Shown one piece after another: positions 1 through 8,755 of a stretch of DNA of 64,000 nucleotides. Source of the DNA: a virus. The position numbers were made by a program, and so were the translations under genes. The first letter of the stretch is position 1, and each line of letters begins with the position of its first letter. Location of the stretch: positions 1 to 64,000 of IMG/VR virus record IMGVR_UViG_3300026257_000002. One strand, written 5' to 3'. The notes below the pieces were generated by a model. It was not told where the DNA came from, searched no databases, and saw nothing but the letters and a program-made list of their open reading frames with translations.

Positions 1-679
1 GAGCCATCCCCAAAATATCTACTTCTTTCAATAACTGCTTTACTAATGGAGCATAGATTGTGGTTGGTGTAATCAACTCAGGTGCATCTTTAAGATAAAT
101 CTTCTGCCTCCATATCATATCATTAATTAAACTATATCCATTACTATGAACACCACTACTTTCTATACCAATAATCTTATCACCAGCTTTAATACGAGAT
201 CCATCAATTATCTTATCTTCTTCTACAACACCTGTACAGAATCCTGCTAGATCTAAGTCCCATATACCTGCAGCATTGGTAGGTTTAGGATGTTCAGCAG
301 TCTCTCCACCTAGAAGATCCATCTCAGATACCTCACATCCCTTAATAATACCATCTATTATATCAGACAAAATAACCTGTTCTAATTTACCTGTAGAAAT
401 ATAGTCCAGAAAATATAATGGTTTAGCACCACATGTAATTACATCATTAACACACATGGCAACAAGATCTATACCAATAGTTGTATAGTCATTAAGAATT
501 CTTGCTATATTAATTTTCGTTCCTACTCCATCAGCACCTGAAACTAATACAGGATTTTCATATTCTGATGGAACTTTCATCATTCCATTAAAACCACCAA
601 TGTTAGGTGCTTTCTCTTTAATCTTTTCTACAAAACTATTTCCTGCTTCAATATCTACACCAGAATCTTTATAATTCAT
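1..679 (-). CDS. purM: Phosphoribosylformylglycinamidine cyclo-ligase (AIR synthetase), 5' part; runs off the left edge
   Basis: Manual translation from ATG at 679: MNYKDSGVDIEAGNSFVEKIKEKAPNIGGFNG...LVSGADGVGTK...TIGIDLVAMCVNDV, typical PurM N-terminus; not in the ORF track because truncated. Confidence 0.93.
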   Translation of the reverse strand, partial: MNYKDSGVDIEAGNSFVEKIKEKAPNIGGFNGMMKVPSEYENPVLVSGADGVGTKINIARILNDYTTIGIDLVAMCVNDVITCGAKPLYFLDYISTGKLEQVILSDIIDGIIKGCEVSEMDLLGGETAEHPKPTNAAGIWDLDLAGFCTGVVEEDKIIDGSRIKAGDKIIGIESSGVHSNGYSLINDMIWRQKIYLKDAPELITPTTIYAPLVKQLLKEVDILGMA

Positions 680-1091
680 GATTAATCCACCATACTTGTT
701 TTTTCACTCTGTAACATTTAGTTGCGCCATACTTGGTTTTAATACCAGACTTCCTTCTCTCTTCACCTGCTTCTCTTCTGAGTTGAGAGGAGGTCTTTCT
801 ATTCTGAGCAGATTCAAAGTCTGGATACTGGCACTTCTCATTCCATATCTTTATTTGTTCAACCTTCCAGTTGATATAATAGATGCTAGGAACACACTTA
901 GGATTCCAACCATGAAACCCATGATCACCACTAGGAACATCAAAAGCACCGTCAGATATATCAGGTGACCAATTACCTTTAGTCCTAACAAAAAACCTTT
1001 CATCTTCTGAAAGTCCTGTTCTATAACCTAAATGATGTTTCAATACATTCTCTGTGAAATGGTCATCTGGAACATCCCATGTTTCATCCAT
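669..1091 (-). CDS. Hypothetical protein (140 aa)
   Basis: ORF track; stop overlaps the purM start and start overlaps the upstream stop (TAATG). Confidence 0.6.
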   Translation of the reverse strand: MDETWDVPDDHFTENVLKHHLGYRTGLSEDERFFVRTKGNWSPDISDGAFDVPSGDHGFHGWNPKCVPSIYYINWKVEQIKIWNEKCQYPDFESAQNRKTSSQLRREAGEERRKSGIKTKYGATKCYRVKKQVWWINHEL

Positions 1092-1267
1092 TAATTTTTA
1101 TCTTCCATAAAATCAGGACACAATAAAGCAGCAGATAATTCTTTAGCATGCATATTCTTCTCACACAACTTATTCATCCAGATCCTCTCTTCAAGAGTAA
1201 CACTTCCTTCAGATACAATGCGACAGCATATATCACTCAGTGCTATCCTATATTTGGTGCTTAACAT
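1091..1267 (-). CDS. Small hypothetical protein (58 aa, MLSTKYRIALSDICCRIVSEG...)
   Basis: Manual translation; below ORF-track cutoff; TAATG coupling to next gene. Confidence 0.65.
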   Translation of the reverse strand: MLSTKYRIALSDICCRIVSEGSVTLEERIWMNKLCEKNMHAKELSAALLCPDFMEDKN

Positions 1268-1283
1268 GTTCGATTACCTTTGG

Positions 1284-1544
1284 TTAAATTTCATTTCTTA
1301 CAGTTGCCTCCTGCTGTGCTTTAAGCCATCCTTGTCCTCTACTTATTGATTCTAGTCTAGCAGATTCAAACTCTTTTTCCCAATCATCTGTGCCCTCCCA
1401 GTCTTCTTTAAACTCTTCTGGCACATAAGCAAAACCAACTCTCCTGACTCTTCGACCTTTCCAATCTTTCCTATCTTGTGTGAATAAATGCCCACCTAAT
1501 TGAGAAGCAATCCATTCCATGGCCCTTTTCTGATATGGTTTCAT
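1284..1544 (-). CDS. Hypothetical protein (86 aa)
   Basis: ORF track; packed co-directionally. Confidence 0.6.
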   Translation of the reverse strand: MKPYQKRAMEWIASQLGGHLFTQDRKDWKGRRVRRVGFAYVPEEFKEDWEGTDDWEKEFESARLESISRGQGWLKAQQEATVRNEI

Positions 1545-1726
1545 TATTGGTCACCTTTAAGATACTCCTCGTATTCTTTTAACTGCTCTTCTGTCCAATC
1601 CTTTCTATATCCTGGTCCCAATGCTCCACGTAGAAGTGTAACACTAATACCATTAAAAGTTTTAACTTTTGTATTATTATACTCTCCTGGTTTTAGTGCC
1701 ATGTTCTTAAAATAGTATAGGGGCAA
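1544..1726 (-). CDS. Hypothetical protein (~52-60 aa)
   Basis: ORF track; TAATG coupling; likely start at MALKPGEY. Confidence 0.55.
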   Translation of the reverse strand: MPLYYFKNMALKPGEYNNTKVKTFNGISVTLLRGALGPGYRKDWTEEQLKEYEEYLKGDQ

Positions 1727-1750
1727 GAGTGTCCATAACCGTCTAGAAAA

Positions 1751-1879
1751 TTAGTGTAGTACATTTTTGATAACATTTTCAATATGTAAGTTCCCATGTA
1801 TATAAAGCATTATAGCAAATAAAGGAACAGAACTAAAAAGAACACCTAAAGATATTAACATCTTATATTCACTTTTCAT
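1751..1879 (-). CDS. Small membrane peptide (42 aa, MKSEYKMLISLGVLFSSVPLFAIMLY...)
   Basis: Manual translation; one hydrophobic segment; fills the gap downstream of ho1. Confidence 0.5.
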   Translation of the reverse strand: MKSEYKMLISLGVLFSSVPLFAIMLYIHGNLHIENVIKNVLH

Positions 1880-1899
1880 TGCATTGAACGATTTTGATT

Positions 1900-2568
1900 C
1901 TATTTAACAAAAGAGCACAACACCTTCAGTAATGCTTTAATTGCACTACCTTCAAGTTCTTCAAACATATACATGTTCAATCTAAATGCATAGTTTGCCT
2001 CTGCAATTAAAGCATTGATCTTAGATTGATCCACACCCATTGAATCTAAGGTCGCTCTATAATTAACCTTAAATTCCTTTGCATCAGGTACTCCAGGAAA
2101 TTCATAGAAGTTCAATCCCTTACCCACTGGTGGTTGTAGAACACGTTCCACAATCCCTTTCAATATCTGTCCACCTGATAAGTCACCAATATATCTGGTA
2201 TAATGATGTGCTATTAAAAGATATTCAGTATCATCTACCAACTCATTAATCCTATAACAATAGTGGTTACAAGCCTCTGAAGGTATCTGGTGATCCTTCC
2301 ATTCAGGACCATAATAATATTCAAGATCCTTTTCAAGTGCATCCTTACGTTCAAGTACAGGATAATGTATCTGCTTAACAAGAGGATCTTCTGTTTCTCT
2401 TATCTTATGTTCCATTGTATCATAAACATAATAGAAGTTTGTAATAAGTTTACGATACTCAGTAGGGTCTAATGCACCCCGAAGAAATGATGCAACAAAC
2501 TTAGTATTCTCTGCTGCTGAGTGTGACTTCTTAGTTCCTTCTTTTAATTGTTTCGCTAAATCAGTCAT
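1900..2568 (-). CDS. ho1: Heme oxygenase (cyanobacterial type), auxiliary metabolic gene
   Basis: LKEGTKKSHSAAEN (proximal His) and HHYTRYIGDLSGGQIL signature. Confidence 0.95.
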   Translation of the reverse strand: MTDLAKQLKEGTKKSHSAAENTKFVASFLRGALDPTEYRKLITNFYYVYDTMEHKIRETEDPLVKQIHYPVLERKDALEKDLEYYYGPEWKDHQIPSEACNHYCYRINELVDDTEYLLIAHHYTRYIGDLSGGQILKGIVERVLQPPVGKGLNFYEFPGVPDAKEFKVNYRATLDSMGVDQSKINALIAEANYAFRLNMYMFEELEGSAIKALLKVLCSFVK

Positions 2569-2789
2569 ATTCTTCTGGTCTCTACTTCAACTGCATCCAA
2601 AATGGTCATCAATGCTCTTGCATACATTCTATATCCACTGCCAACATATAGTTGACCAGCAAGCACAGATACAGTAGCAGCACCCCAGAAAATATAATAG
2701 AATCTGGATTTGACCTGGTGTCTTTTCTTTTCTTTTTTACTCATTAAAAGTTCCTCCATAATATCTTTGTTTGTTGTAGGTTTATCCAT
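2565..2789 (-). CDS. Hypothetical membrane protein (74 aa)
   Basis: ORF track; hydrophobic segment FYYIFWGAATVSVLAGQLYV; ATGA overlap with ho1. Confidence 0.6.
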   Translation of the reverse strand: MDKPTTNKDIMEELLMSKKEKKRHQVKSRFYYIFWGAATVSVLAGQLYVGSGYRMYARALMTILDAVEVETRRI

Positions 2790-2806
2790 GATTGTATTAT
2801 AGCATA

Positions 2807-3118
2807 TTACTCATTAGTCCAATCCTGGTAAGGTGGTTCATCCTCTAAAACATTATGTTTAAAGTGTTCTGTATCAAAATAAGATATAGGTAATTGATGT
2901 TCACCAAGATCATAGGATCCTTTCATTCTCTTCTTATACTCACGCTCATCTAACACTTCATTGATTAATATCTTCATCTCCCTCACATACTCAGGAGTCA
3001 TTATCCTACGAGGTTGAACAACCATAGGTTTAGTTGATGATGGTTTCTTTTTTCCCCTGAAATTAGGATCAGAAGGACCACTCATACCTTGTGTATCTAT
3101 TTTATCACTCATAATCAT
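2807..3118 (-). CDS. Hypothetical protein (103 aa)
   Basis: ORF track; ATGA overlap with upstream gene. Confidence 0.6.
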   Translation of the reverse strand: MIMSDKIDTQGMSGPSDPNFRGKKKPSSTKPMVVQPRRIMTPEYVREMKILINEVLDEREYKKRMKGSYDLGEHQLPISYFDTEHFKHNVLEDEPPYQDWTNE

Positions 3119-3354
3119 CTTTCAATAGACATATTTTTAATAACAATAAATCTATCTTTCTTCCAAGTTCCTGCTTGCTGAACCTCAAAAGTATCCTCAG
3201 AACTCCATCCAGACTCATAGAATGCTTCTGAAAGGTCTCCTAAGAGTTTTGTAGTAGAAGAACTGACTGGATATACCTTACCACCTCTCCAAGGGTCATC
3301 AGGACTATCTGGTGAATTCAATATTCTTTCTTCAGGTTCTAAATTTCCTAACAT
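3115..3354 (-). CDS. Hypothetical protein (79 aa)
   Basis: ORF track; directly downstream of purC. Confidence 0.6.
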   Translation of the reverse strand: MLGNLEPEERILNSPDSPDDPWRGGKVYPVSSSTTKLLGDLSEAFYESGWSSEDTFEVQQAGTWKKDRFIVIKNMSIER

Positions 3355-3356
3355 AA

Positions 3357-4064
3357 TTAAACAAACTGCAGTAATTTCTGTAGTATATATTTGTATGCTT
3401 CTACTATATCACCTTCGTCCTTTCTAAACAAGTCCTTATCAAATCTCTCTCTAGTTCCTTTCTTCCATAATCTCATACTATCAGGGCTAATTTCATCAGC
3501 AAGTAGAAGATGACCCGAAGTCTTCTCATGTCCAAATTCTAGTTTGAAGTCAACAAGAGTAATATCCAACTTATTGAAAAGATCGATAAGAATGTCATTG
3601 ACCTTGAGAGCTTTGGATGCCATCAGGTCTGTGAGTATGGGAGTGTAACCCATCACATTCAGTCTATCTGGAGTCAGTAAAGGATCATTTTTCTCATCAT
3701 CTTTTAGATAGAACTCTACCAGTGGGTATGGAAACCTAATACCTTCTTTGACACAAGTTTCCCTCACTATACCACCTGCTGCCACGTTCCTGACTACTAC
3801 CTCAATGGGAACGATGTTTACCTTCTCACAGATCATCTTGTTATCACCAATCATATTGATATAGTGAGTTGGGATGTGCTCCTTGGCAAGTTGCTTAAAG
3901 ATAAGAGCAGAGATACTACAGCAAAGAGATCCTTTACCAAGTGGAAAATCTACTCTCCTACCGTTACCAGCAGTAACCTTATCATGAAATTCAATAATGA
4001 CTTTATCTGCTTCACCATCTACATCATAGACAGTCTTTACTTTTCCTTCTAAAATTTTATTCAT
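3357..4064 (-). CDS. purC: SAICAR synthetase
   Basis: EGKVKTVY, FHDKVTAGNG, IPIEVVVRNVAAG, LVDFKLEFG, LLADEISPDSMRLW, FDKDLFR motifs. Confidence 0.96.
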   Translation of the reverse strand: MNKILEGKVKTVYDVDGEADKVIIEFHDKVTAGNGRRVDFPLGKGSLCCSISALIFKQLAKEHIPTHYINMIGDNKMICEKVNIVPIEVVVRNVAAGGIVRETCVKEGIRFPYPLVEFYLKDDEKNDPLLTPDRLNVMGYTPILTDLMASKALKVNDILIDLFNKLDITLVDFKLEFGHEKTSGHLLLADEISPDSMRLWKKGTRERFDKDLFRKDEGDIVEAYKYILQKLLQFV

Positions 4065-4065
4065 A

Positions 4066-4152
4066 TCAATGATGTGGATTATAATAATGTACTATACTGA
4101 CAAGAAATATGATAAGGACCAATACAAAACAAAACCACGCTAAAAATGCCAT
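4066..4152 (-). CDS. Putative small membrane peptide (28 aa, MAFLAWFCFVLVLIIFLVSIVHYYNPHH)
   Basis: Manual translation; lies between the early promoter and purC. Confidence 0.4.
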   Translation of the reverse strand: MAFLAWFCFVLVLIIFLVSIVHYYNPHH

Positions 4153-4153
4153 T

Positions 4154-4176
4154 AAAAAAGAGGGTGTTTAACCCTC
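4154..4176 (-). terminator. Rho-independent terminator
   Basis: GAGGGT-TAAAC-ACCCTC hairpin followed by T6 on the minus strand. Confidence 0.75.
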
Positions 4177-4178
4177 AT

Positions 4179-4207
4179 AGTATACAATAAAAAAGCGCCG
4201 CCGTCAA
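4179..4207 (-). promoter_or_regulatory. Host sigma70-type (early) promoter
   Basis: TTGACG-17 nt-TATACT on the minus strand. Confidence 0.75.
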
Positions 4208-4214
4208 GGGATAT

Positions 4215-4442
4215 TTAATTATGCCCATCGTATGCAACAGAATCCTCTGGAAGTGGTGGTGCAGGAGTATTATCAGATATTACTTTCCACTCCTGAATAA
4301 GTCGCTCTACTTGTTTTCTATCCATTCCATCCAACTTTCGACAATTCTTCAGACACATAAGAATACACTTTTCATCACTCATAGGTGCTTTCTGTGTCCA
4401 ACCATTATTATCTAAATATGTTTCTGGTTTATCCTCATACAT
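4215..4442 (-). CDS. Hypothetical protein (75 aa)
   Basis: ORF track. Confidence 0.55.
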   Translation of the reverse strand: MYEDKPETYLDNNGWTQKAPMSDEKCILMCLKNCRKLDGMDRKQVERLIQEWKVISDNTPAPPLPEDSVAYDGHN

Positions 4443-4448
4443 CTTAGC

Positions 4449-4613
4449 TTACTGCCAATATTCGTCTAAAGCATCAAGTGATTTGTCAAGATACTTATTA
4501 GCACCAACGCATTCCCATTCACCCATCTCTCCACGGTCACACTTATCTCTTAACTCATTCTTAAGCTTAAGAAGTTTATGAGTCATATCAACTTTACTAA
4601 GTCTGCCGTTCAT
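4449..4613 (-). CDS. Small hypothetical protein (54 aa, MNGRLSKVDMTHKLLKLKNEL...)
   Basis: Manual translation; late-type CTAAATA at 4632-4638 upstream. Confidence 0.6.
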   Translation of the reverse strand: MNGRLSKVDMTHKLLKLKNELRDKCDRGEMGEWECVGANKYLDKSLDALDEYWQ

Positions 4614-4676
4614 AAGAACCCCCATTTTTGGTATTTAGGTGAGATTTATTGATTCTGTAAATATATTGTGTGCTAG

Positions 4677-4838
4677 TCATGACTTGTTTATAGTCCGTTT
4701 CTCCTTTGTGTTGTTGTAAATAATTACTCTACCGTTTTCATGAGTGAATACTAATTCATCATGATGCCCCCAGCAGAGCTCTTCATATATGGCATTCAAT
4801 CTCTCCATATCTTCATAAAGTTGATTGGGATTAGTCAT
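4677..4838 (-). CDS. Small hypothetical protein (53 aa, MTNPNQLYEDMERLNAIYEELCWGHHD...)
   Basis: Manual translation; sigma70 promoter directly upstream. Confidence 0.65.
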   Translation of the reverse strand: MTNPNQLYEDMERLNAIYEELCWGHHDELVFTHENGRVIIYNNTKEKRTINKS

Positions 4839-4877
4839 TAATAGTAGGGTGCTCCTTAATCAGAATCCTAATATGCC

Positions 4878-4906
4878 AGTATATAGTAAACCTTAAACCA
4901 GGTCAA
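4878..4906 (-). promoter_or_regulatory. Host sigma70-type (early) promoter
   Basis: TTGACC-17 nt-TATACT. Confidence 0.75.
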
Positions 4907-4914
4907 GCCCCGTG

Positions 4915-5940
4915 TCAGTCGAACTTGACAAAAAACGTGACTGTTAATACCTGCATCTGATTGAGTGTGCTGGAATTAACTGCAAAATTAATTCTATCTC
5001 CTGCAGAAAAACTCTTTGGATTGGAATAAAAAGTTTGAATAACTGAAGGATTGGATACCGTTGGACTAGTAAATGCTAATTCATAGTTAGAATCTTGTGT
5101 GCCATTGACAATAAGATGAAGATTTAAATCACCAACTGCCTGTTCGGCATGAAGTGTAGCAGCAACTACAGTGCCATCATGAGGCATTGTAACACCTTCT
5201 GTGTTATCTCCACCACCAGTATACTCCGAACCACCAAAGATCATCGTGGCATTAGTTCCAGGCAATCCAATCCTACCATTCAAACCACATGAGAATGGCA
5301 TAGAAAGACCACCAAGGACGTTTGCCGATGAAGTAGTTCCCGCCCATCCCTCATCAGCTGATATACTTCCTGAAACCGCTGCTCCAGTAGAATTTGTACT
5401 TAAATATTGTGATGTAAGTCCTGAGGAATCAAGGGCAAAATATGGTGTTGTAAGTCCTGAGGAATCAGTTGACAAATATGGTGTTGTAAGTCCTGAGGAA
5501 TCAGTTGACAAATATGTTGACGTTATATTTCCACTGATGCTAACTCCATCATCAGTAGTTTCAAATTTTGATGTGCCTGAATACCTAAGTTCTACAGATC
5601 CACCCTGAGTACATGTGATGTAAGGATCTTCTGATCCTTGCTTAGCTCTGAGAACCAAAAGATCACTCTTTACATTACTGGCAGTTGAAGATTGATAGAT
5701 CTCCAACTCTTGAGTAGCACCAAGTCTTAACTTTTCATCATCACCAAGGTTTACTTGATCGACAATTAATGTTGTCGTAGTAATATCAGTAGTGACTAAT
5801 GATGTTCCATCAAGAACTGTAGTATCACTTAGATCATTATAAGTAATATTCTTTCCAGTAGGAACATTAATTCCTTCTGTTGCCAAGAATGGTCCGTTTG
5901 CGGCTTTGTTTAATACTTCGTCTGCTCTTAGTCTTGACAT
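4915..5940 (-). CDS. Tail-fibre-like virion structural protein (341 aa)
   Basis: Thr/Ser/Gly-rich; LGDDEKLRLG..ELEIYQ and VELRYSGTSKFETTDDGVSISG motifs recalled from cyanophage fibre proteins; internal 12-aa repeats. Confidence 0.7.
   Translation of the reverse strand: MSRLRADEVLNKAANGPFLATEGINVPTGKNITYNDLSDTTVLDGTSLVTTDITTTTLIVDQVNLGDDEKLRLGATQELEIYQSSTASNVKSDLLVLRAKQGSEDPYITCTQGGSVELRYSGTSKFETTDDGVSISGNITSTYLSTDSSGLTTPYLSTDSSGLTTPYFALDSSGLTSQYLSTNSTGAAVSGSISADEGWAGTTSSANVLGGLSMPFSCGLNGRIGLPGTNATMIFGGSEYTGGGDNTEGVTMPHDGTVVAATLHAEQAVGDLNLHLIVNGTQDSNYELAFTSPTVSNPSVIQTFYSNPKSFSAGDRINFAVNSSTLNQMQVLTVTFFVKFD
5402..5516. repeat. 36-bp tandem repeat (~3.2 copies; two identical) encoding YLSTDSSGLTTP-like units
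   Basis: aaatatggtgttgtaagtcctgaggaatcagttgac at 5438 and 5474; diverged copy at 5402. Confidence 0.9.
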
Positions 5941-5944
5941 TTAT

Positions 5945-6175
5945 TTACCAAGTAGTGAGGGCAGTTCTTTTCCATGTATCAGTTCCTACACAAACATAAA
6001 GATAATTAGCATCCCAACAAACTTCACCCGCAGTTCCAGCATCACTTGAATTAGTAATAGTTCTGGCACCTAAAAGGGTTAACTTTTTACCAGATGCTAC
6101 TGTGATACCTTCAATCGCTTCAACAGCACCGTTCTCTGCGAAGTTACAAATTTCGTCTACTTTAATTCTTGACAT
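5945..6175 (-). CDS. Small fibre-associated protein (76 aa)
   Basis: GEVCWDANYLYVCVGTDTWKRTALTTW motif; N-terminus shared with neighbouring fibre genes. Confidence 0.7.
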   Translation of the reverse strand: MSRIKVDEICNFAENGAVEAIEGITVASGKKLTLLGARTITNSSDAGTAGEVCWDANYLYVCVGTDTWKRTALTTW

Positions 6176-6185
6176 AGTTTTTTAA

Positions 6186-6419
6186 TTATTTATTGAGTCT
6201 AGGGTATAACTGCCCGGTATCGAGACGATAAACAGGTCTAGCTGCTTCAATAGCACTAATAAGTCCTAATAAAGTATAATTATGAGGACTGTATGGAGTG
6301 GTAATTCTCGCAAGTCCAGTGATTGGATCAAAATTAATATCAGTAAGTGTAGTAGGAGTTGGACTAACCGCGAGTGTCGCAACTACCGATCCTGTTGTGA
6401 AATCGTTGTAATTTGCCAT
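6186..6419 (-). CDS. Hypothetical structural-island protein (77 aa)
   Basis: ORF track; coupled to the 778-aa gene; C-terminal GQLYPR. Confidence 0.6.
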   Translation of the reverse strand: MANYNDFTTGSVVATLAVSPTPTTLTDINFDPITGLARITTPYSPHNYTLLGLISAIEAARPVYRLDTGQLYPRLNK

Positions 6420-8755
6420 TAGGTTGTTCTAGCACAGAATAATAAACCATGTACAGAGTTGGCAGTAACTCCATCATATGTAGTTGCTGCATTAGTATAA
6501 CCAGCTCTGATAACTTCATATACTTCAGATGCACTAATAGTAATAGTATCACCTATAATAAAAGTTGTTGCTCCTGGAGTATAATTAAAATCAATTAAAA
6601 CAAAATCATTAGGCAAATAATATAGTGATGGCGAGACGTTATTTGCTAAAGGAAGTCCTTTTATTACTCTATCAAAGTTTGCGGAAGATGAAACTGATGG
6701 ACCAGTTGCAACAAAATCATTTATATTTGTATTATCATAACTCGTATCCCGAGTAGAGTCCCTTTGTTTATCGTAAACATGATCTCTATAGTAAACTATA
6801 GAATCCGCTACATCGTAGTAGTAACTACCAGTTGCTGACATAGCATTATCATAATAACGATTAGTAGTATATTTAGTTACTAGGGAAGTCCACTGGTCAG
6901 AGAGATCTCTAGAATATCCATAGAGTGCTTCACGGGCCATTTTGTAAGAACTATTGCTTTCTTCACCAGAAATATAACTTTGTCCAGTCATAGTTTCAAA
7001 GAAGATAGATTTTGTATTATTATTATATACAGTATAACTTCCTTGCCATACATAATCAAGATCCCAAACACTTTGACCATATCCAGTTCCTTTATGGATA
7101 CTAAATGTAAAGTATGGGGTATCAACACCATTAAGTACCTGAACAAAACTAATAACAGCAAAGTCAGTATCTTGTGGAGTTGTTGCTCGGTATGTAACAA
7201 TCTTCAGTGGATATGAATCTGGCGTTGCTGAACCAGTAAAACTATGGTTTACAGTATTGTCGTGTGAAATCCTACCAGTATAATCAGTAGCAGCGGGGGA
7301 CCAATCTAAATCTTCTTCCCCACCTCTCATTCCGTTATAAGTATTGGTTGAACTCTGAGGATCATAATTTAAGAAGTCAGGATCAATAAATGAATCTAAT
7401 GATAATTGATAATTATTTGCATCCGACAATTTAAATCTATAGAAAGTTGTCCCATAAGTTTTACCAGCATCATTTTCAATTCTAACAAGAAGTGTCTTAT
7501 TAGCATAATTTTTTAAATATGAGTTAGCAACTGAACCAATGTTAGTTGTTTTAATACTACAAATACCATCTCCCGCCCCTGCAACGGTTTCAGCAGTGTT
7601 GACTCCAAATGTAATATCATTTGCAGGTGACGTACCACCTATCTGATCACCTGGAATAACAAATGATTCATTATCAGACCATCCACTTGTATTGGAATCA
7701 AGAACTTCAATCCCGTAAATGTATGCATTGCCACCACCCCTTCTGTAAATCCGAAGATTTAAAGCTGATCTCGACCCGTCAAGAGGAACTTGATAATCAT
7801 AATATGGATATAGGTTACGGTCAGAACGAGTAGCATCAGGAGAACCGCCTATGTTGACGTTGTTACTAGGAAGAATATTAAAAGGAATACTATATGTAGC
7901 AGCAGTACCAGTCAAATAATAAGTTCCTTGTTCCCACCCTTCTGTATCCCAGCTTCGCCAGACATCAACAGTAGAACTTAACGACACATCATGATTAGGA
8001 AAAGCCCTGTGCGACAGAGCGTTATAATTAGTAGTATTAATTAATCTATTTGAATCATAAGCTCCAGTACTATCCTGAACATATACCTCTGATGTCGTAG
8101 AGGTCTCATAATTTACCCACTTTATGGTATCAGCCTGTCTTATATCATCAATAGTGGTCTGATCTGAGATGTTTCTGAGATAATGTCCTCGATTAAAATT
8201 AATAATATCAATCATATTGATACCATTGGTAGCATCTGACTGTGTGGTATGAAGATAAACACTATTCTCGTCAATTACACTTACATAAACAGTATCTCCA
8301 TTTGCTGCACCTGAATATAGCCATTGATCGTAATTAAGTCTATTATCAACTCCCTGATAGTATTTAAAACTATCACCAGTGGTAAATCCATGGTCGGTGA
8401 TCTCAATATAATCACTACTGGCATTACCAGTAGTGAAATACCATGCTCTCGTCAATTTAAATTCTTCATTAACAGTATCATCAATAATAAAATATCTGTG
8501 AGTTTTCTCAGCTTTCACAAAATCTGTTCCTGTCGGAACCGCTCCACCACAATAAGCCCAATCGGTATCCCATTGTTCCACATTCCATGGAGATGTCCCG
8601 GTAGGAGGATAACATGAAGTTACCATTCCATTTACTGCTGTACCACTATTCCACCCAAGGTACTCAAAGGTTTCTTCAAGGGCATCCAAAACACTACTGG
8701 ATGACCAACCAGCGTTTCCGCCGTAGACGTGAACTATGTTTTTATCTATTGCCAT
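6419..8755 (-). CDS. Large virion structural / tail-associated protein (778 aa)
   Basis: Long Tyr/Thr/Asn/Gly-rich ORF within a late-promoted structural island. Confidence 0.7.
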   Translation of the reverse strand: MAIDKNIVHVYGGNAGWSSSSVLDALEETFEYLGWNSGTAVNGMVTSCYPPTGTSPWNVEQWDTDWAYCGGAVPTGTDFVKAEKTHRYFIIDDTVNEEFKLTRAWYFTTGNASSDYIEITDHGFTTGDSFKYYQGVDNRLNYDQWLYSGAANGDTVYVSVIDENSVYLHTTQSDATNGINMIDIINFNRGHYLRNISDQTTIDDIRQADTIKWVNYETSTTSEVYVQDSTGAYDSNRLINTTNYNALSHRAFPNHDVSLSSTVDVWRSWDTEGWEQGTYYLTGTAATYSIPFNILPSNNVNIGGSPDATRSDRNLYPYYDYQVPLDGSRSALNLRIYRRGGGNAYIYGIEVLDSNTSGWSDNESFVIPGDQIGGTSPANDITFGVNTAETVAGAGDGICSIKTTNIGSVANSYLKNYANKTLLVRIENDAGKTYGTTFYRFKLSDANNYQLSLDSFIDPDFLNYDPQSSTNTYNGMRGGEEDLDWSPAATDYTGRISHDNTVNHSFTGSATPDSYPLKIVTYRATTPQDTDFAVISFVQVLNGVDTPYFTFSIHKGTGYGQSVWDLDYVWQGSYTVYNNNTKSIFFETMTGQSYISGEESNSSYKMAREALYGYSRDLSDQWTSLVTKYTTNRYYDNAMSATGSYYYDVADSIVYYRDHVYDKQRDSTRDTSYDNTNINDFVATGPSVSSSANFDRVIKGLPLANNVSPSLYYLPNDFVLIDFNYTPGATTFIIGDTITISASEVYEVIRAGYTNAATTYDGVTANSVHGLLFCARTT

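Noticed and set aside
1751-2789. Small membrane ORFs considered as hli (high-light-inducible) genes
   Set aside because: No ExxNGRxAMxG chlorophyll-binding motif
5402-5516. Tandem repeat considered as a CRISPR array
   Set aside because: Units are contiguous with no unique spacers, are a multiple of three and lie in frame within a CDS; no cas genes
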